This document shows, piece after piece, positions 1 through 13,590 of a stretch of DNA of 64,000 bases. The position numbers were made by a program, and so were the translations under genes. Under the pieces are notes generated by a model. That model saw only the letters and a program-made list of their open reading frames with translations. It made no database searches and was not told the origin of the DNA. Source of the DNA: Octopus sinensis (taxonomy: Eukaryota); contig NC_043004.1 of NCBI RefSeq assembly GCF_006345805.1, positions 56,792,001 through 56,856,000 of the forward strand, written 5' to 3'. How positions within the stretch are numbered: position 1 is the first letter of the stretch; every line of letters starts with the position of its first letter.

Positions 1-151
1 CTCCGAATACCTAGAATTAAGTCCTAAACATGTGAAAGTAAATCAAAAGCTGTTTTCTTTTTCATAAGGACAATAAAATCTGCTTCCCAAAGAATATGAA
101 AGTTTTTCTACGCCGCTATTAAGTCATATCACATGGGAGAATAATATTTCT

Positions 152-157
152 TTGTCA

Positions 158-222
<65 letters not shown>

Positions 223-243
223 AGAACAAAGTGTACTACGCCG

Positions 244-290
<47 letters not shown>

Positions 291-295
291 ATATA

Positions 296-345
<50 letters not shown>
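152..345. repeat. (TA)n microsatellite tract with a short unique island
   Basis: Long TA runs at 161-220 and 245-345, seen directly. Confidence 0.95.
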
Positions 346-346
346 C

Positions 347-965
347 ACAAAATGGGACAAGAATGCAAAACATCCGGACAACGAAACATTCAGATAGACG
401 ATACAAAGAAAACAAGGACGGACCATTTGAAGTTTTCTATCTTCAGTCAAGAACCAGATTATCCTCGCAATTTCGGCTGATTATTCTAGATATTGATCCA
501 ATCTGGCCAGCTCAAAGGAAAAACTAAGCTAAGAGCATTAGATTCCTTGGCAGAAAGCAGCGAATGTATACAAAAACAACGACGAAAAAAAAAACGGACA
601 ATGTTACACAAATATAAATACAATAAAAAATGCAACAAAAATAATAACAGATGTCTTTCGACTAAGGACGATTTGAACTAAGCTGGCGCGTGTGGAAATG
701 AAGTCTTACGGCAGAGATACAAGGATTTCGCAAGCACAAGGAAGAATATTGATGTTACACGGACCACGGTCAGACAAAGAAAGAAAGAGCAGGCTGGCCG
801 ATCGGCCACGTTGAAAGAGAAGAGAGAGAAGTAGAAACGGAGGGACAGAAGAATTAAGGAGGGGCGCGAAAAAAAATGACAGGGACACAGTGAAGTGAAA
901 AGTGGAGGGATGGTGTTTTGTTGTTCCTTTTTGCCCGGATGTTTTGCGTTCTTGTCCCATTTTGT
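347..965. mobile_element. ~620 bp non-coding element with 35 bp terminal inverted repeats (MITE-like, or a PLE fragment with an inverted end), inserted in (TA)n
   Basis: 347-381 ACAAAATGGGACAAGAATGCAAAACATCCGGACAA matches the reverse complement of 931-965 at 33/35 positions. TA repeats flank both sides. No ORF of note. Confidence 0.75.
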
Positions 966-1514
966 ATTATATATATATAAACGGTTATTACAAGCTGCAA
1001 TTATTTTCGTTTGTTGTGTCTAGCTACCTGGTGAGTACGTAGTTGATTGTGCAACGACTGTAACAACAAAGCCATTTCATGTATCTTCAAACCACTTTTA
1101 TATTTTGTAATCACATTTACGTTCCTAACATATATGCAGAGCGGGACATAGGAAATATAAGACTATTGATCATTTGCTTATTAAATACTGTTATGAATAA
1201 TTGATATGCAATATGGATTTTTATGATTGGCAGTTATATCAACTCTTATTTGTTTATCATATTTTTATATGTTTATCTAGTCTCACCCATTAGACTCTGG
1301 TCATATTTTTGAAGAATTTTAGTCGATATTTTTATATCCGATAATTATTCTTTCCTATCGAACCACTAGTTCCCATGGAAGTTTTACATAGACATGTTAA
1401 AGCACAGTTTTCGACACCCACATTCCTTGGTAAAACAGTGAACGTACTAGTTTTATAGTAAAAGTCTTTAACGCAGTCTGGTGGCAAAATTTGAAACCAT
1501 TATTATTACTATGA

Positions 1515-2165
1515 AGGTGGCGAGATGGCAGAAATGTTAACACGCAGGTCTAAATGCTTAGCCTTATTTCGCCCGTCGCTACGTTCTGAGTTCAAGTTCC
1601 GCCCTTTAAGGGTCGGTAAATTAAGTACCAGTGAAACACTGGGGTCGATGTGATCAAGGTAACCCCTATCATCACAATCTCATCTCTTATGACGACATTA
1701 GAAAGGTTTATTTTTATTAAGGCGGCGAACTAGCAAAATTGTTAGCACGGCGAGCAAAATGATTGGCGGTATTTTGTCTGTCTTCACGTTCTGGTTTCAA
1801 ATTCCACTGAGGTCGATTTTGTCTTCCAACCTTTCGGGGTAGAAGAACCAGAGAAACATTGGGGTCGATGTAATCGACTAGTACCCTTCCCCGAAATATC
1901 AGACCTTGTGCCTTCAGTAGAAATGATTATTATTATTTAGGCGACAAGTCGGCAGAATCGTTAGCCTGTCGAAAAAATACCTAGTGGCTTTTAGTCCGTC
2001 TCTACGTTTTGAGTTCAAATTTCTACGAGGTCGACTTGCCTTTTATCTTTAAGGATTGATAAATTAAGTACCACTCAAGTACTGGTGTCGATGCGATCGA
2101 TTATCCCGCTCCCACCAAATTACCGGCCTTGTGCCTACAGTAGAAATGATTACTACTACAATTAC
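1515..2165 (+). mobile_element. Three head-to-tail diverged copies of SINE family C (tRNA-like head, Meta-like core)
   Basis: Heads AGG(C/T)GGCGAG-like at ~1515, ~1720 and ~1939. Each copy has a GTTCAAATT B-box-like motif and the GAGGTCGA...GGGGTCGATAAATTAAGTACCA core or a degraded form of it, and ends in TAGAAA(T/G)GATTATT. Confidence 0.8.
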
Positions 2166-2545
2166 TGATAGCCCGTCTGTCGTTGTCGACGATGATAACG
2201 GACATCACATGAGAGAAGAAGACGGGGCACGGTTTGTCCGGCTGCGGCCAATCATCTCGATGCGTGCTCGAGAAAGCTCTTCCACAGGTCAGGTACCGGT
2301 GGTTTCTTGGGGCTGAAGGCAAGACGTTGGCTCTGGACTTTTGCATTTCGCATTTCCTTTCCTGCTCGCACCTCTTTTTGTGCAGCTTCCTCGGGAAGGG
2401 TGGTCGCGTGCTTCCATTTCCCAGGTGTCGGAGTTGACATGAACTCTTTGCAGGGAGGCACTGAGTGTCTCGTTAAAGTTCTGTTTCCGTCCGCCTTCAG
2501 CGGCCAATTTGCGGTAAGATAGTTTCACGAAGAGTTGCAAATGTG
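2165..2545 (-). mobile_element. 3' fragment of an RTE-clade LINE (degenerate)
   Basis: Minus-strand frames give LSYRKLAAEGGRKQNFNETLSASLQRVHVNSDTWEMEARDHPS and YLTCGRAF. These resemble the RTE C-terminus (G.K.RFKDTLKASL...DTWE..A.DR and C..CGR.F.ARIGL.SH.RTH). A short 3' UTR and a TAGTAGTAA tail follow. Confidence 0.8.
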
Positions 2546-2824
2546 GGGCCTCATATCAGAAAGAATTCCTATAATTATAGGTGCATTAGTCATGGCTGAA
2601 AACCATACAGATAAATACTAAATACTTAACCAAAACGTCCGAATATATGTAATATACAGAATATAGCACTACTAGGCACCGCACAAATCGTATGTAAAAC
2701 ACTTTCAGTACAACAATATTAACGTTAAAATAAACTACAACACATATCCAAGGCACATAGAAATGTAATCGATAGAAGACCGAAAGCACGTAATAAAAAT
2801 AAAAACAATGAATAATAGATAATG

Positions 2825-2866
<42 letters not shown>

Positions 2867-3796
2867 TTTGTTGTTGTTGTTGTTGTTACTACTATAATTT
2901 TTCTTTTACCAAACGGTCTGAAATTCTGAGAGACAACTTTGATACTGAGTTTTAAATGTCTTTAAATACGGCAACCATAGGACCATACACTTATCCATAG
3001 AAAACTAATGAATGTGCGCTTGAATTTACATCTACAAGCATGGAAATACCAAGAAACAACGCTTACTATCGGAATAAGCAAAGAAATACATTAAGGAATC
3101 AAAAACCTCTTTGACTGAGTCGGGACTAGATTAAACAAAAGAACCGACTGGTGAAGGCAAAACATCAATCAAAACATGAATCCAATTCAAACAATATGAG
3201 AACTGCGAAGTAGATGTCAATGTGAGACATTACATGTTAACTACCCAACAAGAATCAGCGGTTTTGATGCTGATACAAACATGACCAATAAGCGGGTGTC
3301 TATAGCTGAACTTAAATTCGAAACAAAATGCTTCCTTATTGCAGCTCGGTTTTAGTGTCTTACCACTAATATTAACTAATCCAGCATCCTTGAAAAGGGT
3401 ACTGATCTTTCATTCATATTTGCGGTGAAAATATATGCCGGCAAAATAAGTAACAAATGAAGATATCTCCGTCCTTCCGGATTTTAGTTGTAATCAACCT
3501 ATTCAAGACAATAGACTAGATATTATGGAGAAAAAGCACATTAATAAAACATGTTGGCACATAAATACATCAACTGTAGCAGATTAAAACATCACGGTGA
3601 AAATGTTTGCAAAGTTTAGTATCTTGAATTAAAGGCTTCACAAATGTAGCATCTAGGAACGACAACCGTATCTTTGGTCATCGGATGCTTGGGCATAATA
3701 TCAAATGGCATTCTTAAATTCCAAGAAACTGAAACATGTTAGAACTAGAAAAAAATCTTCTCGCAGGAACAACATGTGAATATTTTATTGTATTGT

Positions 3797-4181
3797 GATG
3801 GAAGCACTCCGTCGGTTACGACGACGAGGGTTTCGGTTGATCCGATCTACGGAACAGCCTGTTTGTGAAATTAACGTGTAAGTGGCTGAGCACTCCACAG
3901 ACACGTATACCCATAACGCAGTTCTCGGGGATATTCAGCGTGACACAGAGAGTGACAAGGCCGGTCTTTTGAAATACAGGTACAACAGAAACAGGAAGTA
4001 AGAGTGAGAGAAAGTTGTGGTGAAAGAGTACAGCAGGGGTCACCACCATCCCTGCCGGAGCCTCGTGGAGCTTTAGGTGTTTTCGCTCAATAAACACTCA
4101 CAACGCCCGGTCTGGGAATCGAAACCACGATCCTACGACCGCGAGTCCGCTGCCCTAACCACTGGGCCATTGCGCCTCCAC
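3797..4181 (-). mobile_element. Full-length SINE family B (tRNA-Arg-like head; octopus OR-type)
   Basis: Reverse complement begins GTGGAGGCGCAATGGCCCAGTGGTTAGGGCAGCGGACTCGCGG...TTCGATTCCC (A and B boxes). It is colinear with the copy at 13205-13590. Confidence 0.9.
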
Positions 4182-5239
4182 TGATCGTATTAATATCGCC
4201 AAGACTACAACATATCTTTAACAAAATCATAATTCTCATTCTTAGGTCTCCTTTCTCTGAAATATATCGTTGCTACTCATAAAGAAAACCACAGTAGATA
4301 GAGTCAGGAGTTCTGTGGAGGAAACTTGCCACCGCCCGTTAAACAACTAAGCAAAAAGAGCACCAAACATAATACTAATTTCTCACATAACATTTTTCCA
4401 AGCTTCGCTCTCTCCATTTAGCTTTTCTTTAGAATTCGAGAACTTGTAGAGAAATTAATTTATTAGTTGTGGACAATATTACACTAACTCAGCAGGGATA
4501 CAATTACATTTACATACATTTGCACAATTGATCACAGACACTAAAAGTGACATCGCCACGAGATATTTGAAATAAATTTCGCAAACATAGTTACAGTCAT
4601 AGATTTAGACTTGCTCGGAAAACAGAATCCATAGACAAACCAAGGCATTTTGGTATTCTTGTTTTCATTGTCCAAACTTTGTTTCAGAAAGACTTTTTCA
4701 TGAATGATGCTAAAAGGAGAAAACGGCCAATGAGTAGTATCATTAAAATCTCTTAGCGGCTAGCATTAATGCAAGCGAATTCCACGTTTCCGTTAAGAAA
4801 ATTCCACTCATACCACATTAGTCAAACCGATTCTATAATATACGCCATTTGTCAACGTTTTACGCACTGCTAAAAACCGGAAGAAAGTTGTTGTGAATTG
4901 AAGAATGCAGTTCCATTGAGGTTTATGAGTAAAAGATTAGAAAATGATATATGAGAAAGGCAAAATGCTATGTGGTAGTTTACTGGAAGTGCAGATGTTG
5001 GGGTATTTTTTACAATAATAACGACTAGTACTTTGGAGAACCAAAGCAAGATAATTTAGAAATAATACGTAAATCTACATCAAGAAGGGTCCACCGAACC
5101 AACGCACACATCACACACACACACACAAACAAACGTATATATAATGTGTATGTTTAATTGGCAAACGATAACCATCCCCAAATGTAACAATATATATTTC
5201 AACGCATATTGCAATACAAATGCGTAAACACCCGCCCCA

Positions 5240-5240
<1 letters not shown>

Positions 5241-5326
<86 letters not shown>

Positions 5327-5351
5327 ACACACACACACACACAACACACAC

Positions 5352-5437
<86 letters not shown>

Positions 5438-5442
5438 TATAT
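5241..5442. repeat. (CA)n followed by (TA)n microsatellite
   Basis: Seen directly. Confidence 0.95.
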
Positions 5443-6449
5443 AGTAAGTGTGGGTTTTTCACAATTTTACAACCGAAAGGTAAAAAATATATAACGTCAT
5501 TAAATTACTGAAAACACTAGTCAGCTCCAGAATTGCAAGAAATGAGCTAAAACAATTCATAGCCAGAAGAGGCCCTTATTTTAATGACTGACAAGGGAGG
5601 CAAGCTCCCAAAGCGCCTAGGCATATCCAGATCATAATGCTTTCACATTTATATTATATTGTCTGTGACTCTCACCTAGCGCCTTGCTTTACATTCAACA
5701 CGCCTTGTCAGTATAAATAATTGTGTGTGTGTGTGTGTGCATTTGTGCGTGTGTGTGTATGTATGTGTAATAATGCCATATAATGTAGTTGCGGATTTAT
5801 AACAGCACTACTGCATCTGGATTATACTGAGGTACGCAAAAATCGTTTTATCGATAGAATATCGATGTACAGTGTGTGATGTAGAAATATTTTCTCTGTG
5901 TTCTATTTACTCCTTTAGACATTCCACAATGTTACATCAGTTATTAAGACTTTATGTAAAATTATATATTGACGGTATTTCTTTTGGTTTTGGAAACAAT
6001 GTGCAGTAACTCTGTACTTGAGGGAGACCGCCTTAATCTAGCTTGACAGCAATAATGCCTTCAGTACGACATCTAGTAAGTGTATTAATAGTGCTTTCAT
6101 ATTTCTGCAGTGACGTTAATGAATGGCACCCTGCACACTGATTGATTTATGACCAGAGGTATTTTCAGAGAGGAATTATGTTAAACACAATATCAATAAA
6201 CATGAGTCAATATATTCTATTCATGACCACAAAGTGTAAGGAGAGAAACAAATTAAATCCGTTCGGGTGCGATACTAAAAGTGAAGTAAAGTACAAAGTC
6301 ATACACACACAAGTACGCACGTGCAAACATGTGATATGTAATTATATATATATATGTTATATATATATAAAATTATATTTATACTAATTTCAGTCTACAC
6401 ACACACATATCAACGCGTTTCTATATGTATATCGTCGTGTATATATATA

Positions 6450-6507
<58 letters not shown>

Positions 6508-7109
6508 TGAGAGAGTCACCGTCCTATATATAGAACCCTTAGTCACAACTAGTGACAACTGAATTTTTTCCGTTTTGGTTTTATAATGCATATAGCCGGC
6601 TCTTCATTATCCCCCGCCCACCATCACGAGACAACGAATGTTGGTTTTGATTATATTACCGTAAACCAGTGGCTCATCAATAAAAGCCGATAGTATAAAT
6701 ATCAGGCTTCCAAGGATCTAATGGAGTTGATTCGTTCGACTAAAATCCTTCAAGGCAGTTTTCCAGCATGGCCTGCAACCCAATGGCTCAACCAACAAGT
6801 AAAAGATAAAAATAAATTATATATACATTCAGCAGTTACCCGATATATATATATGTGTATGTATATGCATGTGTGTGTGTACATTTATACATACATATAT
6901 ACGGAGGGTTCAGAATTCCAATTCAAACAAGGAGAAATATTTAAGATCAAATCAAATTTCACCTGCGCCTCAGTAAATGTAATCTATGTCATGACAATCA
7001 TAGGATGTGGTAAACTCTATTGGACAAACAGGAATTTCGCTCCGTCATAGAAACACCATTCACAAAGAGCAAATCCGTCACTCACAATACAGACGGTTAA
7101 AGGTGAGTG

Positions 7110-7548
<439 letters not shown>

Positions 7549-8250
7549 CAAGGAAAAATGTAAAAAGGCAGAATGCTAAATTGAAAGAAAATTTTAATGA
7601 AAATGGGTGTATAGAAACATTTTTGAAAAATTGATAAAATATATATATATTAATTCAAACCGGTTTTCGTCATAATGTGACTTCTCAGAGTTATAATACA
7701 TTTCAAGTGAGCAACAATTCACTTACTTTGTAATGCAAATCTTAAATCTCTTCTAGCAGGACACATGAGTTCATTTCTCGTCCAAAAACATAACCGCTTG
7801 CTTAAAGAACAGACTCGTGTATAACTTAGAAACTCCAGTATATTCAGTACGCATCTGTATACTTTTTATTCGCCAATATACAATCAATTTCCTAAAGGGA
7901 TCCCACGTCCAACATTTATTCTGTGTGCTACTAGTTTGTCTTGTTATACTTAATTTGATTAAATATTTATGTTATTTTAACATTCAAATTGGTGAATGTA
8001 TGTGATATTCTGTACTAGTCTTTGATAGAAATAGTTTATAAACCCGAGGCAACAGAATCATTACCGTTAGATGTACAATTTCAGATAAACGAAAGGGTCT
8101 GATTCCGAAGATTGTAGCCAAAACACACACCTACTTGAATGCATACACACTACATACACACATCTTACATACATACATACTTTCTTGCATTCATTTACAT
8201 GTTTCAGCCATTTGACAGCGGTGATGGTGCATTTCTATGTGTATGTATGT

Positions 8251-8394
<144 letters not shown>

Positions 8395-9118
8395 GCATAT
8401 ACCTGAATACAAAAACGCACAAATATAAAGAGAGGTAAGCATGAACAGACACGTATACACACACGCACCTGCACATCCACACAGAAATACGCACATCTTA
8501 CAAATCTCCACACGAACAAATTTGTACTAGCATGTAGAACCTGTCAATGCAACAGTGCATTCGAGAAAGATATTCGAAGAATGAATACCTGAAAAAAATA
8601 TGAATAAAACAAAACACACACCACCTGCCAAATCGAATAATGACATCCTGAATGGTTCTCTAGCATTACTCTTAAATAATGGAAGTTGTAAGTTAGAAGC
8701 TCCATATGCCACTTATATTTTTTAGTATAATCATCTATGCTAAGAACTAAACTACTTTGATATATCTTAAATGGATTCCACTATCGGCTATTTCTGTTAT
8801 GTTCATAAAAGAAGTTTATGGAAAAGAAAACTCACAAGCATGGAAAACGTATTACAGAAAAAAACAGAGAAAGGTGCAAAAAAACCCTATCTTATGACTT
8901 CCTGTATCTCTTTCGCTCTGTGCGTTTGGTGTGTGCCTGAGCGTGCGTTCGTGTATTTTTTCGAGTGTGTATGCTTTGAGACCTACAACCAACCACTACT
9001 ATATACATACACATATACATACATACTTTATGTATATATAATGTGTGTGTATGAGAAAGAGAGAGAATGAGAAACAGAAAGTAATATTGACACATACTGT
9101 TAAATAAGTGATATATAT

Positions 9119-9201
<83 letters not shown>

Positions 9202-9793
9202 GTATATATATATATATATGTATATATGTGCTTGTGCGCGTATGTATATGTGCTTGTGCTCGTATGTGTATGTGTGTAAAAATAATGCTGCACTCTCACC
9301 AACACACTCTAACAAACGAGCGTACACACACAAACACACGCACGTTCACACGGAAACATAATCACACAGGAATATATGTACCATAAAATATTAGTTACTA
9401 ATGGAAGTGAAAATAGTATGTTTCTATTTGAAGCTATCGTTATTCAAGAAAACAAGCATATGCATTTATTTTGCAAAAACAGATATAAACAATATTTTAA
9501 AGCAAACGAAATTATGTCTTAGGGTTTCTGATTAATTGATCATTATATCTTTCTAATTTCTGCTTTTGACGTATTTCTGGAATTTTAATGAACGCCAATT
9601 TAAAATAAACAGAAAGTAAAATATATTATATTATGTGACACACAAATCTACTCACCAATAGTCCCCAAGGGTAATAGGAGCGGTTGGCACTTCAAATTGC
9701 CAACAAAAATAAGTACATTGTGTAGGTATAGCCTTCTAGTTTCTGAGTCTAGGCCCAGCCCCTGCTATTCAGGCGTCTATTTAAGATTGAATA

Positions 9794-9848
9794 CCTTGTG
9801 AGTGGATTAGGTAAAGAAACGCTGAAAAAGCTCGTATGTATGTACGTA

Positions 9849-9900
<52 letters not shown>

Positions 9901-10106
9901 CGCGTGCGTGCACGAGTTTGTCTTCCGCCACCAAAATCATTTAACAACCGGTACTGGTGTGTTTACGTCCCGGTAACCTAGCAGTTCCGCACAAAAGGCC
10001 GACAGAATAAGTACCAGTCTTTAAAAAGAAAATCCTAAGATGGAAACGCTCGAGTAAACATTCTTCAAGGTACTGCTCCAGCCTAATGACCGAAACAGTT
10101 AAAAGA
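9794..10106 (+). mobile_element. Diverged SINE family A-like copy
   Basis: CCTTGTGAGTGGATT...(TG)n...GGTGTGTTTACGTCCC...GAATAAGTACC...GCTCCAGC...GAAACAG, colinear with family A. Confidence 0.7.
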
Positions 10107-10154
10107 TATTACAAGAAAATGTATCGCTATCAGCTATCGTTAATATTGATGAGG

Positions 10155-10340
10155 AAGGTGACGAGCTCGCAGAATCGTTAATACGATGGGCAATCCTTGG
10201 CGACATTTCCTCCAGTTTTACGTTTTTTTGTTCAAATTCTGCTGTGTTGATAACATAAACATCACTTAAATACTGGTGTCAATGTAACTGACTATCGCCT
10301 CCCCGTAATTTTCAGGCTTGGTACCAATAGTAATAAGAAT
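10155..10340 (+). mobile_element. Diverged SINE family C copy
   Basis: AAGGTGACGAGCTCGCAGAATCGTTA head, GTTCAAATTC, ACTGGTGTCAATGTAA. Confidence 0.6.
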
Positions 10341-11049
10341 TAACATTCTGGAAATTATAAATTTGTTCTTCTAAGGAAGGATCGTATGTAGAAATATGGA
10401 AGTATTATGGAAATACTAGTGTAGTTGGCACACAATTTTAATTGAATGACGCGTAAAATATACTAAGAACAAACAAAAAGAAATTTTTTATCGTTCCTGA
10501 TCAAAGTATTAAGTAAGTGTTTCTTTCATGAAGGCTGCATGCAGTCATCGGCATGCTAAAAGAACAACACTACAATATATTTATTTACCAACATCCACTT
10601 ACATCCTCTCCTCGACATACAACCAATGCGACTTACGACCATCGGCACTTATGACCACAAATATGAGGAAGTAAATAAATAGATAAATGAAAAAAAAAAG
10701 AAAAGATTTTCGGATATTGGGCTGCTGCACTTGTGATAGCTATGGCAGCATCTGACAACGCATCCACTGCCTGCCACTGCCTCTCATTCTTTTGCTTTCA
10801 AGCATCAGTGCATTTCAAAGAAAATAGTGTTGAAAACTATAAATCCTATATATGACCAGATGGACTTTCGGCCTGTCAGCTGGATCGGAACTCGGTAGTA
10901 AGTCGAGGAGAATGTGTATTCATCCACTAAGTCTCTTTTATAAAACATTGTCTCACATATTCATTAAGTAAATTCCTGAAACAAAATGCATGGAATAAAA
11001 TCTAATCAATAAGCAATATGATAGAAGTGTTGTACGAATCCAATGCAAA

Positions 11050-11555
11050 TATTAGTATCAAAGTTTGGCACAAGGCTCAACCGGTACTTATTTAATCGTC
11101 CGCAGAAGAATGAATGGATAAGTCCAAGCCGGTTGCATTTAAAGACGGACGAAATACATATTTTTTTACTACCCACAAGGGGCTAAACACAGAGAGGACA
11201 AACAAGGACAGACAAACGGATTAAATCGATTATATCGATCTCAGTGCGTAACTCGTACTTATTTAATCGACCCCGAAAGGATGAAAGGCAAAGTCGACCT
11301 CGGCGGAATTTGAACTCAGAACGTAACGGCAGACGAAATACGGCTACGCATTTCGCCTGGCGTGCTAACGTTTCTGCCAGCTTGCCTCTTTAATACCTTT
11401 TTCTTTATTACCCACAAGGGGCTAAACACAGAGGGAACAAACAAGGACAGACATAGGTATTAAGTCGTTTATATCGACCCCAGTTCGTAACTGGTACTTA
11501 ATTTATCGACCCCTTTTTTATTGCCGCTTTAATACCGTTAAGCATTTTGCCAACG
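11050..11555 (-). mobile_element. Nest of SINE family C: an old copy split by one full (11161-11390) and one partial (11398-11513) younger copy
   Basis: The old copy reads ...GACGGACGAAATAC (11157) and resumes AATACCGTTAAGCATTTTGCC (11531). Both inserts start with TTT...ACCCACAAGGGGCTAAACACAGAG. Confidence 0.75.
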
Positions 11556-12184
11556 ATGTATGCGGTGTTATATGTTGGAAATGTAGTTAGAATATTACCT
11601 AATTCTTACTTCAACTTTCTCATACTTTGCATTTTAGAATGCAACGTATTATTTTACGGACGTAAGTTCTAGCCAAAACGACTCTAATATTGTTCGATAA
11701 TTCGTACCTCATTTATTTTGTATGCGAACATATACATTGATACATGTACACTCACAAAGGCGCACGAATACACAAATACTGGTACAATTCGATACACAGT
11801 GCACGGATCACACACTGCTTCCATAAATCCATATTTTGTATTGAAAACAACTGCGTTCTAATTTAACATTTATTTCTTATCGATTTTCTTTCGATGTAAG
11901 TCTTAAGTTCCATGCGGTTTCTTTGCCTCTGTGACAATTCCCTAACTACTGACAGCGTAGCTAGACTTTTAATAGACAAGCATTGCAGATAACATGTTGG
12001 TAGGGCCAGTAGCACTGGCGTATCTTCTTTATTGGGTGTAAATAACTACCGAAGGAAGAAATATTAAATGCAGAATATTAGGCTAAGATTAATACACCTA
12101 CTATGGTTTGATATCAATAATAATAATAATAATAATAATAATAGTAATAATGATAATAATAACATCAACAAGAATAATAATGAT

Positions 12185-12500
12185 AAAACAAGAACTGTTC
12201 CTGTTATTGTAAGTGCCCTAAGTATGATAAAAATGTGATGTCAGAAACATCTAGATAAGATAACTGGAGAACCATGTCTCAAAGAAATCCAAGAGATTGT
12301 GCTGACAAGTACTGCCCACATACTTAAAAGAAACCCTATCCATTTAAACGTATGTGTTGTATTTCATGAAGATATTTCACTACTTCCGCTCCCCAAGTTT
12401 TCTGTCATACTATAACATCTCTTATCCTTCACTTGCCCCAGGACACTGGATGTGTCGCGGCTAGTGACCGTAGCAAACATGCAGATTAGACGTAAATATT
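12185..12500 (+). mobile_element. 3' end of an R4/Dong-like (restriction-like endonuclease) LINE between (AAT)n repeats
   Basis: Translation TRTVPVIVSALSMIKM*CQKHLDKITGEPCLKEIQEIVLTSTAHILKRN matches the R4-clade C-terminal pattern (PV.VGALG...LQK..L..TA.ILR). (AAT)n lies at 12117-12180 and after 12500. Confidence 0.75.
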
Positions 12501-12569
12501 AATAAACAATAATAATTAATAATTTAATAATAGAAAAATAATATAATAATAATTTAACAAAAGAAAATA

Positions 12570-12868
12570 TTAACAAAAACATGGATAGATTATAAGAAAC
12601 TCATGGAAATTTTCACTATATTCAACAGGAATTTTACAAGGAGACTCCTTATTCCATTCTATATTTTTCTTACGTTAATCCCCCTCAGTTTAGTATAAAG
12701 GAAAGTAAAGGCTGGGTATTAGTTCAGAAAAGCAAAAATTAACCATCGGCTTTACAAGGATGATCTGATGTTTTTTAGTTAGAATAAAAATGAGATAAAT
12801 GTATAGCAATGTACTGTTAGGCATGCAAGACTCCAGGAGCCCCAACAAAACCGATGATAAATAATAAC

Positions 12869-12913
<45 letters not shown>

Positions 12914-12915
12914 CA
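12570..12915 (+). mobile_element. Deleted R4/Dong-like LINE: RT fragment plus (TAA)n tail
   Basis: From 12628 the sequence reads GILQGDSL / LTLIPLSLV*RKVKAGY / INHRLYKDDL across frameshifts. This corresponds to the RT motifs GIFQGDSLSP and INHLLYMDDL. It ends in (AAT)n at 12860-12915. Confidence 0.7.
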
Positions 12916-13204
12916 TATTAATAATAATAATTTTTAATATAGGCACACGGTATAAAAGAAAACGAAGTAAATGAATTTTACGTTTCGCGTATCACTTCTC
13001 TTCTGTAAGTAAAAATAGACAAGGAGAGAAAAACCATAAGTGTCTGCGCGCGTGAGTATGTGTGTCTGTCCGTTTGCGTGTAACTATATATACATGTATT
13101 TTTATATACGTATTTTATTTGAAGCTTGTGGTTATAACGCTGAACAAAAATTCAGGGAAAACATCTCAGGAGAATCAGTTCCTCGTTTGAATATTAGAAT
13201 TAGA

Positions 13205-13590
13205 GTGGAGGCGCAATGGCCCACTGGTTAGGGCAGCGGACTCGCGGTCGTAGGATCGAGATTTCGATTCCCAGACCGGGCGTTGTGAGTGTTTATTGAG
13301 CGAAAACACCTAAAGCTCCATGAGGCTCCGGCGGGAATGGTCGTGATCCCTGCTGTACTCTTTCACCACAACTTTCTCTCACTCTTACTTCCTGTTTCTG
13401 TTGTACCTGTATTTCAAAGGGCCGGTCTTGTCACTCTCTGTGTCACGCTGAATATCCCCGAGAACTACGTTAAGGGTACATGTGTCTGTGGAGTGCTCAG
13501 CCACTTACACGTTACTTTCACGGGCAGGCTGTTCCGTTGATCGGATCAACCGGAACCCTCGTCGTCGTAACCGACGGAGTGCTTCCATCC
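13205..13590 (+). mobile_element. Full-length SINE family B with a 10 bp target-site duplication
   Basis: tRNA-like head GTGGAGGCGCAATGGCCC. TAGAATTAGA occurs at 13195-13204 and 13593-13602. Confidence 0.92.

Noticed and set aside
108-247. 12 bp direct repeat CTACGCCGCTAT at 108-119 and 236-247
   Set aside because: It could be a TSD or a local duplication, but the enclosed sequence is mostly (TA)n and has no element features.
13205-13280. tRNA-like sequences at SINE heads (also at 4181, 27591, 33747 and 51895)
   Set aside because: They have A/B boxes but no complete cloverleaf, and they run straight into SINE bodies. They are not tRNA genes.
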